Below are positions 52,654 to 62,394 of a DNA stretch of 64,000 bases, in pieces. A program made the position numbers and the translations under genes. A model generated the notes under the pieces. It was not told the origin of the DNA and did no database searches. It was given only the letters and a program-made list of their open reading frames with translations. The stretch lies in contig JBIOZG010000054.1 of the NCBI GenBank assembly GCA_044870765.1, positions 26,361 through 90,360 on the forward strand, read 5' to 3'. This stretch comes from Nitrososphaeraceae archaeon. Lineage in GTDB: Archaea > Thermoproteota > Nitrososphaeria > Nitrososphaerales > Nitrososphaeraceae. Position 1 is the first letter of the stretch, and every line of letters starts with the position of its first letter.

Positions 52654-53517
52654 TCAAATACCTCGTACCCTTTCTTTACAAACTTCCAGATAGCTCTTGT
52701 CTATATCAAAACCAACGAATGAAACCCCTAATCTTAGTGATGCTAATGCAGTTGAACCTATCCCAACAAATGGATCCATCACCACTCTGCACTTACTGAT
52801 GCCATGCAATCTGATACACATTTCAGGAAGTTTAGTTGGAAAAGTAGAGGGATGTGGTCTTTGTTCTTTATCCCAAATAGTTTCATAAGGAATGAACCAA
52901 GTGTTACCACGGTCTCGTAGATCACGTGTAGCCCTATTCCAGCGACCGATATTTGTTTTGTCTTGATAAGGTACGCCAATAGCTAGTTTGTCCAATTTAA
53001 CATTGCCATTCTTAGTAAAATGAAAGATGAATTCAGAGCAATCATTTAGAAATCTATCACTAACAATTGGCTTGAAATGTCCAACGGCAATATCTGATAT
53101 TATGGATGGGTAGCTTCCTACATCAGATTTTGGTATGGCAATAGATTTTACCCAAACGATGACATTTTGTAATGTAAAATACTTCCTGAACACGTTCGCG
53201 ACATCAAAAGGAATCCAAGGATCTGAAGGTTTGCTTCCAATGTTTATAAAAAACGAACCGTCATCAGAAATTACTCTATTGATTTCAGCCCCAACACTGC
53301 TCAGGAATTTCAGGTATTCTTGTCTGGGTAAGTCATCTTTATAGCGATTATACTTTATGCCAATGTTATACGGCGGAGAAGTAACAATTATATCAATTGT
53401 CTTATCAAGCAGATGATTTTTAATTCCACTGACACAGTCGCCTAGATATAACCTTACGGATACATCTTTGCTAATAATTTCAGCGAATTTTAGTGGTATC
53501 TCTTGCTTAATTTCAAT
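52654..53517 (-). CDS. Orphan beta-class N4/N6 DNA methyltransferase; start codon non-canonical (ATT) or lost
   Basis: Frame open from 53517: [20 protein letters not shown] and [11 protein letters not shown] motifs. Confidence 0.88.
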   Translation of the reverse strand: MEIKQEIPLKFAEIISKDVSVRLYLGDCVSGIKNHLLDKTIDIIVTSPPYNIGIKYNRYKDDLPRQEYLKFLSSVGAEINRVISDDGSFFINIGSKPSDPWIPFDVANVFRKYFTLQNVIVWVKSIAIPKSDVGSYPSIISDIAVGHFKPIVSDRFLNDCSEFIFHFTKNGNVKLDKLAIGVPYQDKTNIGRWNRATRDLRDRGNTWFIPYETIWDKEQRPHPSTFPTKLPEMCIRLHGISKCRVVMDPFVGIGSTALASLRLGVSFVGFDIDKSYLEVCKERVRGI

Positions 53518-53625
53518 TCAACTTCTTTTTCAGATATTCTAGGCGTATGTCGAATCTGAGAATGCATTGAATAGCGAACAGTAGAGGATTAACAAGAATT
53601 CTGTCAATTACATTGTAGGTACTTT

Positions 53626-53997
53626 TCAGATCAACACAAGATCATCCACGGATGTTATCATGACTACTGCTTTATTTCCCCCTAGATTTTTTTTCATTCT
53701 GCCTACCACTTCGTCTACGTCGGAAGAATTTACGACAGTAGCAATTACTTTCCTAGAATTGTACGAAAGTTCAACAGTTCCACTTCCCCTTCCGGAAGCG
53801 ACTCTTTCCTTATCTTTGGTTACTCCTTTTACATCATAAATTGTAGCTTCGAGATTCAATTCCTTCAATGACGAAATAATATCGCTAACATTTTCGGCTT
53901 TAACCAGTACAGCAAGTCTCTTCATGGTTCGCGATTCTTTTCCAGGCATTTCTGCGTATGTTACCTCAAATGGCAAGCTCGTATTGTCTTTACCCAT
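53626..53997 (-). CDS. P-II family nitrogen regulatory protein (divergent)
   Basis: MKRLAVLVK, TIYDVKG and a T-loop containing SGRG; alternative start at 53925. Confidence 0.8.
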   Translation of the reverse strand: MGKDNTSLPFEVTYAEMPGKESRTMKRLAVLVKAENVSDIISSLKELNLEATIYDVKGVTKDKERVASGRGSGTVELSYNSRKVIATVVNSSDVDEVVGRMKKNLGGNKAVVMITSVDDLVLI

Positions 53998-54163
53998 TTC
54001 CTTAGTTTAGAGGCGTCAACTATAAAAAGATGATGTAAATATGATGTTGAAATTATACGTCTGGCAAAAAAATGATACTATTTTTGATACATTTTTTCTT
54101 TGGACATTAATGCAAGGAAATACAGTTAAAAATATTTATGAATGTTGTTGATATAGTTCTCTT

Positions 54164-54616
54164 ATGGACAAAAAGTATTTTATGAAGTCAATGATTGTTA
54201 TGGGTTTCATATTCGCAATCGTTTTGGTAAATAGCAATTTTTTGCCCAAAACGAGAGCAGAAACAGGAGTTGGAAAGGATGTATTTAAGGTGATTGTCAC
54301 CTTATACGGCATCACAAATTCGACAAAAGACATCGCGACGATTGTTAATGTAAAGGATCAAACGAAGATAAAGCTCTTTAATCCCGAAAATCCCGAAAGC
54401 CAGTTAGAAGACAAGGTAAGTTACACATTGACATTTCCCAATTTGATGGTAAACGATGGCGATCCGTACACTGTATGTACAGCAAGTGTAAAGGATTTTA
54501 AGATTCATTGCATTGATGGAAAAAACTCTCCATTAAATAGACCTGAATTCGTAGATATTAACGTAGGTGGAGGATCTAATAAAGCAAATGAAAATGAAGA
54601 TTCTAGTGAAGATTGA
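54164..54616 (+). CDS. Secreted hypothetical protein
   Basis: Signal peptide; two Cys; NSPLNRPEFVD. Confidence 0.75.
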   Translation: MDKKYFMKSMIVMGFIFAIVLVNSNFLPKTRAETGVGKDVFKVIVTLYGITNSTKDIATIVNVKDQTKIKLFNPENPESQLEDKVSYTLTFPNLMVNDGDPYTVCTASVKDFKIHCIDGKNSPLNRPEFVDINVGGGSNKANENEDSSED

Positions 54617-54713
54617 ATTTCTTCACTTTAACCTTCATTTTTAATCTTCCAGTATTTAGAATAGTCGGCACCGACCCATCCGTAGTATACATATGTAGTA
54701 ATGATCAGGTTTC

Positions 54714-55097
54714 ATGATATTTATGAACATGAGAAATAATGTTTTGGTTTATGCTGCTGCCGCATCAACTTTTGTTGCAGGTATATTACACATTGCTCTC
54801 GTTCCAATGTTTTTCAAGTCAATGACTCTTGATGTAATGATATTTTTTATTGTCTCTGGGCTAGCACAGATCTATTGGATTATACCCACGATTAAAAGAT
54901 GGATAATGCCGTGGTATTATATTGGTATAGCTGGCACAATAATCTTAATTATATTATGGATTATTGCTATACCTGGAAGTGGCTACCCGATTGGTGAGAC
55001 AGATGTGGCAATCGAAGTATTCCAGATTGTTTACATCATCTTAAGCGTAATCATCATAGTAAATACAAATAGAGAAAAAAATAAAATACAAGTTTAG
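54714..55097 (+). CDS. Four-TM hypothetical membrane protein
   Basis: AGILH, FFIVSGLAQ and EVFQ. Confidence 0.75.
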   Translation: MIFMNMRNNVLVYAAAASTFVAGILHIALVPMFFKSMTLDVMIFFIVSGLAQIYWIIPTIKRWIMPWYYIGIAGTIILIILWIIAIPGSGYPIGETDVAIEVFQIVYIILSVIIIVNTNREKNKIQV

Positions 55098-55114
55098 GAC
55101 TCTGGTCTTAAACT

Positions 55115-55495
55115 TTATTTTGTCTGAAGTACGGATAAAAAATTTCCAGCAGAATCTTTAAACCATGCTATTTTTGGTTTACCATGGAAGATACCTTTGT
55201 CGTCTGTTTTCAATTCTCCTTCGTTATAGATCTGAAAATGTACTCCAGCTTTAGTAAGTTGATCTACTGTTGATTCCACATCATCAACTACAAAATTAAG
55301 TACTGTAAAAGTTGCCGGACTGTGATCTGTTTTTGGGTAAATGAATATCTCGTTACCACCCTGAAGATGTAAATTTAACCCTTCTTCTGAATCTGATACT
55401 TCAAGTCCCAGAACTTGATTGTAAAACCTTTTGGCTTTTTCTAAATCGTTGACTGAAAAACTAGAAAAAGCTTTTGTGTTTTTGAAATCTACCAC
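55115..55495 (-). CDS. VOC/glyoxalase family protein
   Basis: [16 protein letters not shown] and AWFKDSAGN. Confidence 0.9.
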   Translation of the reverse strand: MVDFKNTKAFSSFSVNDLEKAKRFYNQVLGLEVSDSEEGLNLHLQGGNEIFIYPKTDHSPATFTVLNFVVDDVESTVDQLTKAGVHFQIYNEGELKTDDKGIFHGKPKIAWFKDSAGNFLSVLQTK

Positions 55496-55672
55496 AACGA
55501 AATTAGAGAAAAATAACTATTAAGAGTTATACTAATTTGGCTCCTGCATGTCTACTATCATTTGTTATGACTTGTTATTGTTGTTCTGTGGATCTGTTCT
55601 ATGTCAAGATGGACTCAAATACGCATATCAAGATAAATGTTTGCAGATGCAGGAATTCATATTCCTACATAG

Positions 55673-55816
55673 TCAGTCTTGAAGGTTGCTCACTAAAATT
55701 GTTTGGGGATTAGATCTCTGTAAATCGTAACATTTTGGACAGATCATAGTTCCGAACCAGTACTTTATCGAGCTCGTTTTCTTTTCACATAATTCACACT
55801 GTGCAAAGTTAAACAT
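55673..55816 (-). CDS. 47-aa C4 Zn-finger microprotein (not in ORF track)
   Basis: MFNFAQCELCEKK...MICPKCYD; TTTTATATAA about 25-30 nt upstream. Confidence 0.65.
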   Translation of the reverse strand: MFNFAQCELCEKKTSSIKYWFGTMICPKCYDLQRSNPQTILVSNLQD

Positions 55817-55969
55817 TTTCTTTATTATATTAGATATGATCTTATATAAAACTTTTCTAGTAGATTTAGATTGATTGAGATTGATTTAACAGCCCTACCG
55901 TATGCCTGATGACGTATCTAGGTAATAATTGGTTTTTAGTGCCTCATAATACCTTTATAACCACAGATT

Positions 55970-56971
55970 TTAGGCCTCAAAGTAAAAGGTGGAACCCACA
56001 CTGGACTGAATAAATTTTTCTGGCATAATGTCAATAATTTTGTTGGTTGCTTTCCAGCCGGTACAATGACATGGGACAATATATTGAGGATCTATTTTTG
56101 TGAGTTCAGCCATTGTCAATGGAATTGAATCTTCATAATCCTGTCCTGATAAATGAAATCCCCCTATAACGCAGTATATCTTTTCGATACCTGTAGCTTT
56201 TTTCGCAAATTTAATGGTGTTTATTATTCCAGCATGTCCACAGCCTGTCAGAATTATTAGTCCCTTGTTTCTTACATTCATGATCAGTGCCTGGTCGTCA
56301 CTTACCAAAGGATCAGGTACAAGGTCAATTTCATTGTCCTGTTCTTTATATTGTAGTGGAAATCCTTTCTCGAATTTAGTAACTCGTGGTATTTCTCCCG
56401 TAATCATTACTCTATTATTTGTGTGATTTGTTTTCTCTTTCCTGTGCATATTTGCATTCCTCGGAAGGAAACTTATTTTGTCTACTCTTATTATTATTCC
56501 GCCGGCCTGATTTATTTCCTCTTCATTTAAGAAATCCATTCTTGCTTTGTTACCATTTGGGTATACTAGCCAGCGTCGCAAAAAGGCTTCAGGATGTGCT
56601 ATGATTTCTATTGATTTTTTTAACCTTCGGAGAGTACTAATTAGTCCGGATATGTGGTCAAAATGTCCATGACTTAAAATGATTGTCTCGATATCTTTTA
56701 AATTAATACCCAAAGCATCAGAATTGTTAACTATTCCATCTTTACTTACTCCAGTATCAAATAGAAATTTGTTAGTATTAGTCGTGGTTTCGTGTTTATA
56801 GGATATTTCTAATAAAGCCGAAAACCCATGTTCGGCAATCGGAGATTTGCTTATTCTCTGATTACTAATCATAGGGGGTCTTTTTACTATGAAGGAGCTA
56901 GGAAGCAACCTATCAGTAATATTGTCAACGAGAATGGTTATTTTTGCACTCTCAATTTCTTGCAGGTTCAT
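55970..56971 (-). CDS. MBL-fold metallo-hydrolase (MJ0301-like family)
   Basis: ITILVDN, AEHGFS, LFDTG, LSHGHFDH, TGCGHAG, GGFHL and PCHCTG. Confidence 0.9.
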   Translation of the reverse strand: MNLQEIESAKITILVDNITDRLLPSSFIVKRPPMISNQRISKSPIAEHGFSALLEISYKHETTTNTNKFLFDTGVSKDGIVNNSDALGINLKDIETIILSHGHFDHISGLISTLRRLKKSIEIIAHPEAFLRRWLVYPNGNKARMDFLNEEEINQAGGIIIRVDKISFLPRNANMHRKEKTNHTNNRVMITGEIPRVTKFEKGFPLQYKEQDNEIDLVPDPLVSDDQALIMNVRNKGLIILTGCGHAGIINTIKFAKKATGIEKIYCVIGGFHLSGQDYEDSIPLTMAELTKIDPQYIVPCHCTGWKATNKIIDIMPEKFIQSSVGSTFYFEA

Positions 56972-57055
56972 TTATTATTTGCAATAAAGTAAATCGTGGT
57001 ATTAAAGTAATTAATTGTTCGGCTTCATCTCAAAAGAATTCCATTTTTTGATCTA

Positions 57056-57547
57056 TCAGGATTGTTGATAGGCTTTAGTCAAAGCATTAATGTCGAGTTT
57101 TTGCATTTGTAGCATTACCCTCATAACGTTCTCAGTTTTTTTAGAATCCTTGTCCTGTAGCATTTTTACCAAAACAGTGGGCACAACTTGCCATGAAACT
57201 CCAAATTTGTCTTTGAGCCAACCACACACCTGTGCATTTTTATCGCCCCCTTCAGTAAGTTTATCCCAATAGTAATCAACTTCATCTTGAGTTTCGCAAT
57301 AGATTTGAAACGAAATTGCTTCGTTAAATCTAAAGATCGGTCCTCCATTCAAAGCCAAAAATTTTTGACCCTCAATTTCAAAGTCAATTGTCATTACAGT
57401 CCCCTCTTTCTTTTTATGAATCTCATAGCCTTCCTTCCCATAGTGAGTAACGTTACCGATATTGGAATTTTTAAAGATTGAGACATAGAATTGCACTGCT
57501 TCTTCAGCGTTGTTGTCAAACCACAAGCATGGACTGATTTTTTGCAT
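57056..57547 (-). CDS. PhnB / 3-demethylubiquinone-9 3-methyltransferase-like VOC protein
   Basis: MQKISPCLWFD, ALNGGP.F.FNEAIS and CGWLKDKFGVSWQ. Confidence 0.92.
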   Translation of the reverse strand: MQKISPCLWFDNNAEEAVQFYVSIFKNSNIGNVTHYGKEGYEIHKKKEGTVMTIDFEIEGQKFLALNGGPIFRFNEAISFQIYCETQDEVDYYWDKLTEGGDKNAQVCGWLKDKFGVSWQVVPTVLVKMLQDKDSKKTENVMRVMLQMQKLDINALTKAYQQS

Positions 57548-57570
57548 CTGATTGTACTATTCCTGTATAC

Positions 57571-57579
57571 TTTAAATAC
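57571..57579 (-). promoter_or_regulatory. Putative archaeal TATA box of a leaderless transcript
   Basis: TATTTAAA on the minus strand about 25 nt upstream of the ATG at 57547. Confidence 0.5.
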
Positions 57580-57720
57580 ATTCTAACGTCGAATCTTTAT
57601 TGAAATATCTACAAAGGTCATAATGCCTCATGACGTAAGTATGAATGTCTTTCTAGGAGAACAAATTGAAATTTTTATTGCCCAACCACTATTTTTTATA
57701 GCCTTTTATAAAGTCATATC

Positions 57721-59523
57721 TCATGCCCTCGTATCCAGAGCATTTTCCTTCATGAATACAACAGGACTAAACGCATTGAAGAAAAATGGAGAACCCGAAA
57801 ATGACAAAGGCGAAACTGGTCCTTGAGTCATGAATGAATATTTTTTGGTCTTTGTATTGAAAGAACTTGCCGGATCAGTAAATGTCCTATACAGATCAAT
57901 AGCTTTTTCATCCGAGACTAATTCTCTTAGTGTAACTAAATCGTTACCCAATGAAAGTCCAAATCCAAAGAACATGATTCTTAACTGTTGTAATATATCC
58001 CTATGTATACTAGATAGTGATGTGCTGATAAAAAGCCATCCTAAACCATATTTTCTAGTGGTCCTCACTGCATCAAGCAAAGTTAGCCTCAATTGCTCAA
58101 GATTTGAATCTGAGAATTCGTCTTTCCTGGCGAATCTGTGGGCTTCGTCAAGAACCACGAGCGTGTTTAATGACGTATTCTTTTGCCAGGTCTTTTCACC
58201 AAGGTTGACTAACCCAGTTAGCAATCGCTTCAGTATGAGTGATTGGATAGTTTCATTCCAGTATCTTAGTTGCATTTTGTGGGCTGTTTGTTCTGAAAGA
58301 TCTATTACGATGAGTGGTTTTAATTTCCAGGAAAACTTTTCTAAAAGATCATCAATAGTTATTGCATCTTGCCTATCTTCAAACAAACTACAAATCGGAA
58401 TCCAGAATTGAGAATACAGGGTCTCTAGATTTTTTGGATCCAAGTTAGAAACAAGATTATTAAGTCTTTTTCTTGGTTCTGGAGTCGAAAATATAAGGAT
58501 CTGAACTTCTTCTTTGCGAAGTTCATTTATGAACAGGTCAAATGATTCTCTTTTTATCAGCTTATTCAGTGAGGTTTTATTTCTAAGTTTAGGTATCAGT
58601 GCATCTACAGCATATCTCTTATTTAGGCCCTTTATTGTTAATTGATGAAAGATTTGCGATTCCAATAAAATTTCTTCAAATAAAGACCATCTATCTAAAA
58701 CTAGATTTCTAACATTAATTGAAAGAATTTCTTTATTCAGAGAATTCATTATTTTTTTCATATCAAAACTAGAACCATAATTATGATTTCCGTTTGAGAT
58801 ATTGCCATAATCATTTGCATTATCAATTGCAAAACTTTTTGAAAACTCTCCTACGGGATCCAGTACCAATAATCCCATCTGTTGAAATTTAGAATATGCT
58901 GTAAGAATCATTTTTGCCAATGTCGATTTTCCAGATCCAGTTATTCCAAATATCCCCAAGTGGTAGGCTTCTCCGGCCCCGTTTTCCCCATAATCAAAAT
59001 GCTTGAACCACATCGGTAATTTAGTCTTGGATCCATAACTATTCCCCAAATAAAACAAACTGTTCTTTTGCTTTTCTAATATTGTACTCAATATATCATC
59101 GCTTACTTGATATACATACGTTCCTGTTGGTGGTACTGTTCCTAGGATGCTTGGTTCAACAAGATTGTCTGAACTGGTGAAGATAGCACTACAAAGTAAC
59201 TTTCCTATATGAACATCTTGTATACCACTAATAGGATTTACCGATCCTCTTTTTCTTGCTACAGATTTTATTGTTGGGTCTTCCAATAAAAAGTTCTTTA
59301 GTGCAATCTCTATTATTTGACCAATTGCATAATGATTCTTAGAATCTTGTAAATATTTGAAAATAGCCAATTCTCCCACAAGTTGTCTTGTGACGGAGGA
59401 TTCCATAATATCTAGGGCAAGCTCAATCGTAGAAGAGGGGGATCCAATCGTTCCTAATATAGAACTATTTTTTAATAAATTATTAATCTTTTTATCTACA
59501 GTATTCTCCAAACTTATTTCCAA
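57721..59523 (-). CDS. herA: HerA/FtsK-family ATPase (HAS barrel plus DUF87-type motor)
   Basis: N-terminal LGTIGSP HAS-barrel; HLGIFGITGSGKS Walker A, VLDPVGEF, VVLDEAHRF Walker B, RKYGLG. Confidence 0.9.
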   Translation of the reverse strand: MEISLENTVDKKINNLLKNSSILGTIGSPSSTIELALDIMESSVTRQLVGELAIFKYLQDSKNHYAIGQIIEIALKNFLLEDPTIKSVARKRGSVNPISGIQDVHIGKLLCSAIFTSSDNLVEPSILGTVPPTGTYVYQVSDDILSTILEKQKNSLFYLGNSYGSKTKLPMWFKHFDYGENGAGEAYHLGIFGITGSGKSTLAKMILTAYSKFQQMGLLVLDPVGEFSKSFAIDNANDYGNISNGNHNYGSSFDMKKIMNSLNKEILSINVRNLVLDRWSLFEEILLESQIFHQLTIKGLNKRYAVDALIPKLRNKTSLNKLIKRESFDLFINELRKEEVQILIFSTPEPRKRLNNLVSNLDPKNLETLYSQFWIPICSLFEDRQDAITIDDLLEKFSWKLKPLIVIDLSEQTAHKMQLRYWNETIQSLILKRLLTGLVNLGEKTWQKNTSLNTLVVLDEAHRFARKDEFSDSNLEQLRLTLLDAVRTTRKYGLGWLFISTSLSSIHRDILQQLRIMFFGFGLSLGNDLVTLRELVSDEKAIDLYRTFTDPASSFNTKTKKYSFMTQGPVSPLSFSGSPFFFNAFSPVVFMKENALDTRA

Positions 59524-59525
59524 AC

Positions 59526-60656
59526 TTATGAACCACCATCAGTTCTGTATGAATGCATTAGAAAAAATATATCTTTTTCATTATTATCACTTATCTGGGT
59601 CATTTGTTTCATGATGATTTGTTTATAGGCTGGAATGGCCGGAGCCATGTGTTTAGCTATTCTATCAGCCATATATAGCGGAAATGGTTCCATTATCGAC
59701 GGCGTCTGGCATTGACTCTTTACATTGTATAAAATTGTATTTAGTTTAGTTTCATCTCGGGCAATAGCTGCTGGCATTTCAATCCTTAGGGCAGGGCACC
59801 AAGCATGAGGTTTGTAATAAACTACACACAAATTTTTTATACCTGAAACTACTTGTTGCATAAGCGTATCAAGTTCTTCGTCCTCATAAGGTAATCTTAC
59901 ATGCCATCCTTCTTCGCTTGTAAATAATTTTGGACGCGTAAATTCACCAGGATCCAAGATTAAAGTCAAGATTGCTCTATCGTCGTAATTTTCAGGCCAG
60001 TGGAGGTTCTTACCGATATCATTCCTTGATGTATATTTTGGTATACCGAGATAAAATTTTTCAGGGTCCTCAACATCCAATATTTTCTTGTACGAAACTA
60101 AAAATTCTTTGAAATCTTCCTTGATTCTATCGGAAGATTTTGTATTAAGATTTTCTATAAAATTAACAGCCTTATACATATGGATTAATGCTGTTGTAAG
60201 CGAACCGTCGAGATACAATATGTCATATTGTGCATTGGCTGCTAATTTGATTTCCATCTCTAACATAATAGCTCTTGCTGCAATCATATTTTCCGGATTA
60301 TGTTTTTCAGGGTTAACATACACATCATGGTTGGCTGGTATCATTTTTCCGTTTTCTAATTCATTTATGCCCTCTACTCCAACAGCAGCTGCGAATAGCA
60401 AATCAGTGCCCAAGAGACGATCTACAGCATAAGCGCCATCTACTCCACCAGAAATTAAACGCTTAATATTTCTGAAGTTAATATCATTATCCAGTAGCCC
60501 AACTTGTTCTAGCTGTAAACGAAATTTTTCTTTTTTACAATTTATATCATGAATCGAGTTTTGAAGTATATCTCCTATTTCGTTAGTTTTCATTAACATC
60601 TGTTCTACCAAGGACGCTGGAATCTCCAGAAAAGACGGTGAATCAACTTCATACAT
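59526..60656 (-). CDS. nurA: NurA-family nuclease
   Basis: GGVDGA, LYLDGSL, GIPK, DDRAIL, LRIE and EPFPLYMADRIAK; ends 2 nt before the herA start. Confidence 0.88.
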   Translation of the reverse strand: MYEVDSPSFLEIPASLVEQMLMKTNEIGDILQNSIHDINCKKEKFRLQLEQVGLLDNDINFRNIKRLISGGVDGAYAVDRLLGTDLLFAAAVGVEGINELENGKMIPANHDVYVNPEKHNPENMIAARAIMLEMEIKLAANAQYDILYLDGSLTTALIHMYKAVNFIENLNTKSSDRIKEDFKEFLVSYKKILDVEDPEKFYLGIPKYTSRNDIGKNLHWPENYDDRAILTLILDPGEFTRPKLFTSEEGWHVRLPYEDEELDTLMQQVVSGIKNLCVVYYKPHAWCPALRIEMPAAIARDETKLNTILYNVKSQCQTPSIMEPFPLYMADRIAKHMAPAIPAYKQIIMKQMTQISDNNEKDIFFLMHSYRTDGGS

Positions 60657-60928
60657 TGCTATTTATCACATTTCTACTCAAATTTACTGAAAATTTGTAA
60701 ATGTGAATCAAATCTTCCAAAGGTTCTGAAATTAGTTTTGCTCCTACTCTCATTGTCATTTTACAATATAGTCAGTAGATACTTAGCTTTATGCCTTTCT
60801 GATAGGATCATTTTTACAATGTTCTGAATTAAATTCCAAATGGGCAAAAATCACTATAGATTACGGATTTATTGTAGTATAATCTTTTTATCTTTGCCAT
60901 AAAATCATATAATTTGTATCTTTATTCT

Positions 60929-60985
60929 CCGGTGGGACCTCAATTGTAATCTCGCTTATGCTTGAGCCTCCTCCCAACAGGTTTT
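60929..60985. repeat. Degenerate copy of the GGTGGG hairpin element
   Basis: CCGGTGGGAC-CTCAA...TTGAG...TCCCAACAGGTTTT. Confidence 0.5.
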
Positions 60986-61028
60986 AACTTTTTTATAAAA
61001 TGTTGGCTTTAGATAATCATAAATCCGT

Positions 61029-61092
61029 AACAACGATTCATTCCTGGTGGGCCGGCCTCCAAATGCCAATCATGGGCCCACCAGTTTTCTTA
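61029..61092. repeat. Dispersed hairpin element, copy 2
   Basis: 10-bp perfect stem CTGGTGGGCC (61044-61053) / GGCCCACCAG (61075-61084). Confidence 0.75.
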
Positions 61093-61202
61093 ACTAACTA
61101 TCTCTAAATATTTCTCCTATTATGACTGAATAATAAAATACTTTTACTCCCTCTCGGTAAGGCGTATTCCAAATTAAATCCCGACAGAGCTACTGATCTT
61201 GT

Positions 61203-61508
61203 ATGACTATAGAACAAGTTTTAGAAAAAGAGATTGAAGAATCTAAAAGATGGGTCGACTTAGAAAAGGAGAATTCAACTTATAAACGAGACTTGATAAT
61301 GAGAATCGAACTAATATATTGGGTTTTAGAAAATCTGAAGAATCCTGATACTAAAATATGTAACCTTATAGAGTCAAAAATGAACGAAGTCATATTAACA
61401 ATAAATCGCACATATTCAATAACTGAAGCCGACAAACTGCACACTGAATTAAGAATATGGGATTGGATATTTTATCAAGTTTGTAGTAACATAATAAAAA
61501 GTCAATAA
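61203..61508 (+). CDS. Hypothetical helical protein
   Basis: ATG-started 101-aa protein-like ORF. Confidence 0.7.
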   Translation: MTIEQVLEKEIEESKRWVDLEKENSTYKRDLIMRIELIYWVLENLKNPDTKICNLIESKMNEVILTINRTYSITEADKLHTELRIWDWIFYQVCSNIIKSQ

Positions 61509-61626
61509 CTTTGTAAAAAGACAATGGTTTGATAAATTTTGATAAAAATAATTAGTCTAGTCTTAATTCCAATTGACGTAAAAAGTAAAGTATAGGATTT
61601 TAAATATCAATTGATTAAAATATCGT

Positions 61627-62037
61627 ATGATTTCAATAGGACGTAAATTATTTAAAGAGGTTGATATGCCATTAGAAAGTAAAATCGTTTCTGAAGACCC
61701 AATCAACAAGATAGCAGAAAGAGAAAGTACCTGGACGGCTGAGATCGATGGAATAAATCCATTCCCAAGTGGAAAAGCTTCAGGCAATGGATCTTCCCTA
61801 ATACACAGTAACGGTATTTCAATTTCTAGTTGGCAAGGTAAATTTACTACACATAGTCGAGAAGTAATAACATTCAAGGGAAGAGATGTCAACAAGAACG
61901 GAAAATTCATAGTATTGAGAACATATTTCACTGACTCACTCGAGCTGTCATGGATAAATGGCCTAGTTTGTTTGGTAAACGGAGAATTCGATTCTCAAGA
62001 CAATGTGTTTAGATGTGAAGGGTATGAATTGATGTAA
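61627..62037 (+). CDS. Hypothetical beta-barrel-like protein
   Basis: Protein-like ORF with alternating beta-strand pattern. Confidence 0.7.
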   Translation: MISIGRKLFKEVDMPLESKIVSEDPINKIAERESTWTAEIDGINPFPSGKASGNGSSLIHSNGISISSWQGKFTTHSREVITFKGRDVNKNGKFIVLRTYFTDSLELSWINGLVCLVNGEFDSQDNVFRCEGYELM

Positions 62038-62394
62038 TAATTTAATTCAATTTTGTTTTCCAATAACCCAACCAATATCAATTGATGTCTATATATTACT
62101 TTACGACGATAGCTCTTAACAATTCGGACCGGCCATGGAAGCAATGACTGAAGATTGAGGGTGCTATCTTGCTTAAATTAAAATAAGTATTATACAAAAT
62201 TGAGAATCATCCAGATAGAAATTGCATTGCCTTTTTGCTTTTTGCATTGCTTCTCAATACAAGGAATCAGGCACGTGATAACTTCTAAATTTTATTACCA
62301 TTAAGCACAAGAAGTGACAAGTCAAGCCAAGACAAGAGATGATTAAATTGGTAAATTATATAGACCGCATGCATTTACATGGTAGCGATAGACT

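Noticed and set aside
57830-58411. 193-aa ORF antisense to herA, and other antisense ORFs (for example 1-378, 60088-60432, 43644-44009)
   Set aside because: They are shadows of well-supported genes on the opposite strand and have no recognisable motifs.
48410-60656. Endonuclease V, DNA methyltransferase and NurA-HerA as one defence island
   Set aside because: They are separated by many unrelated genes, endonuclease V is a housekeeping repair enzyme, and no integrase or island boundary is visible.
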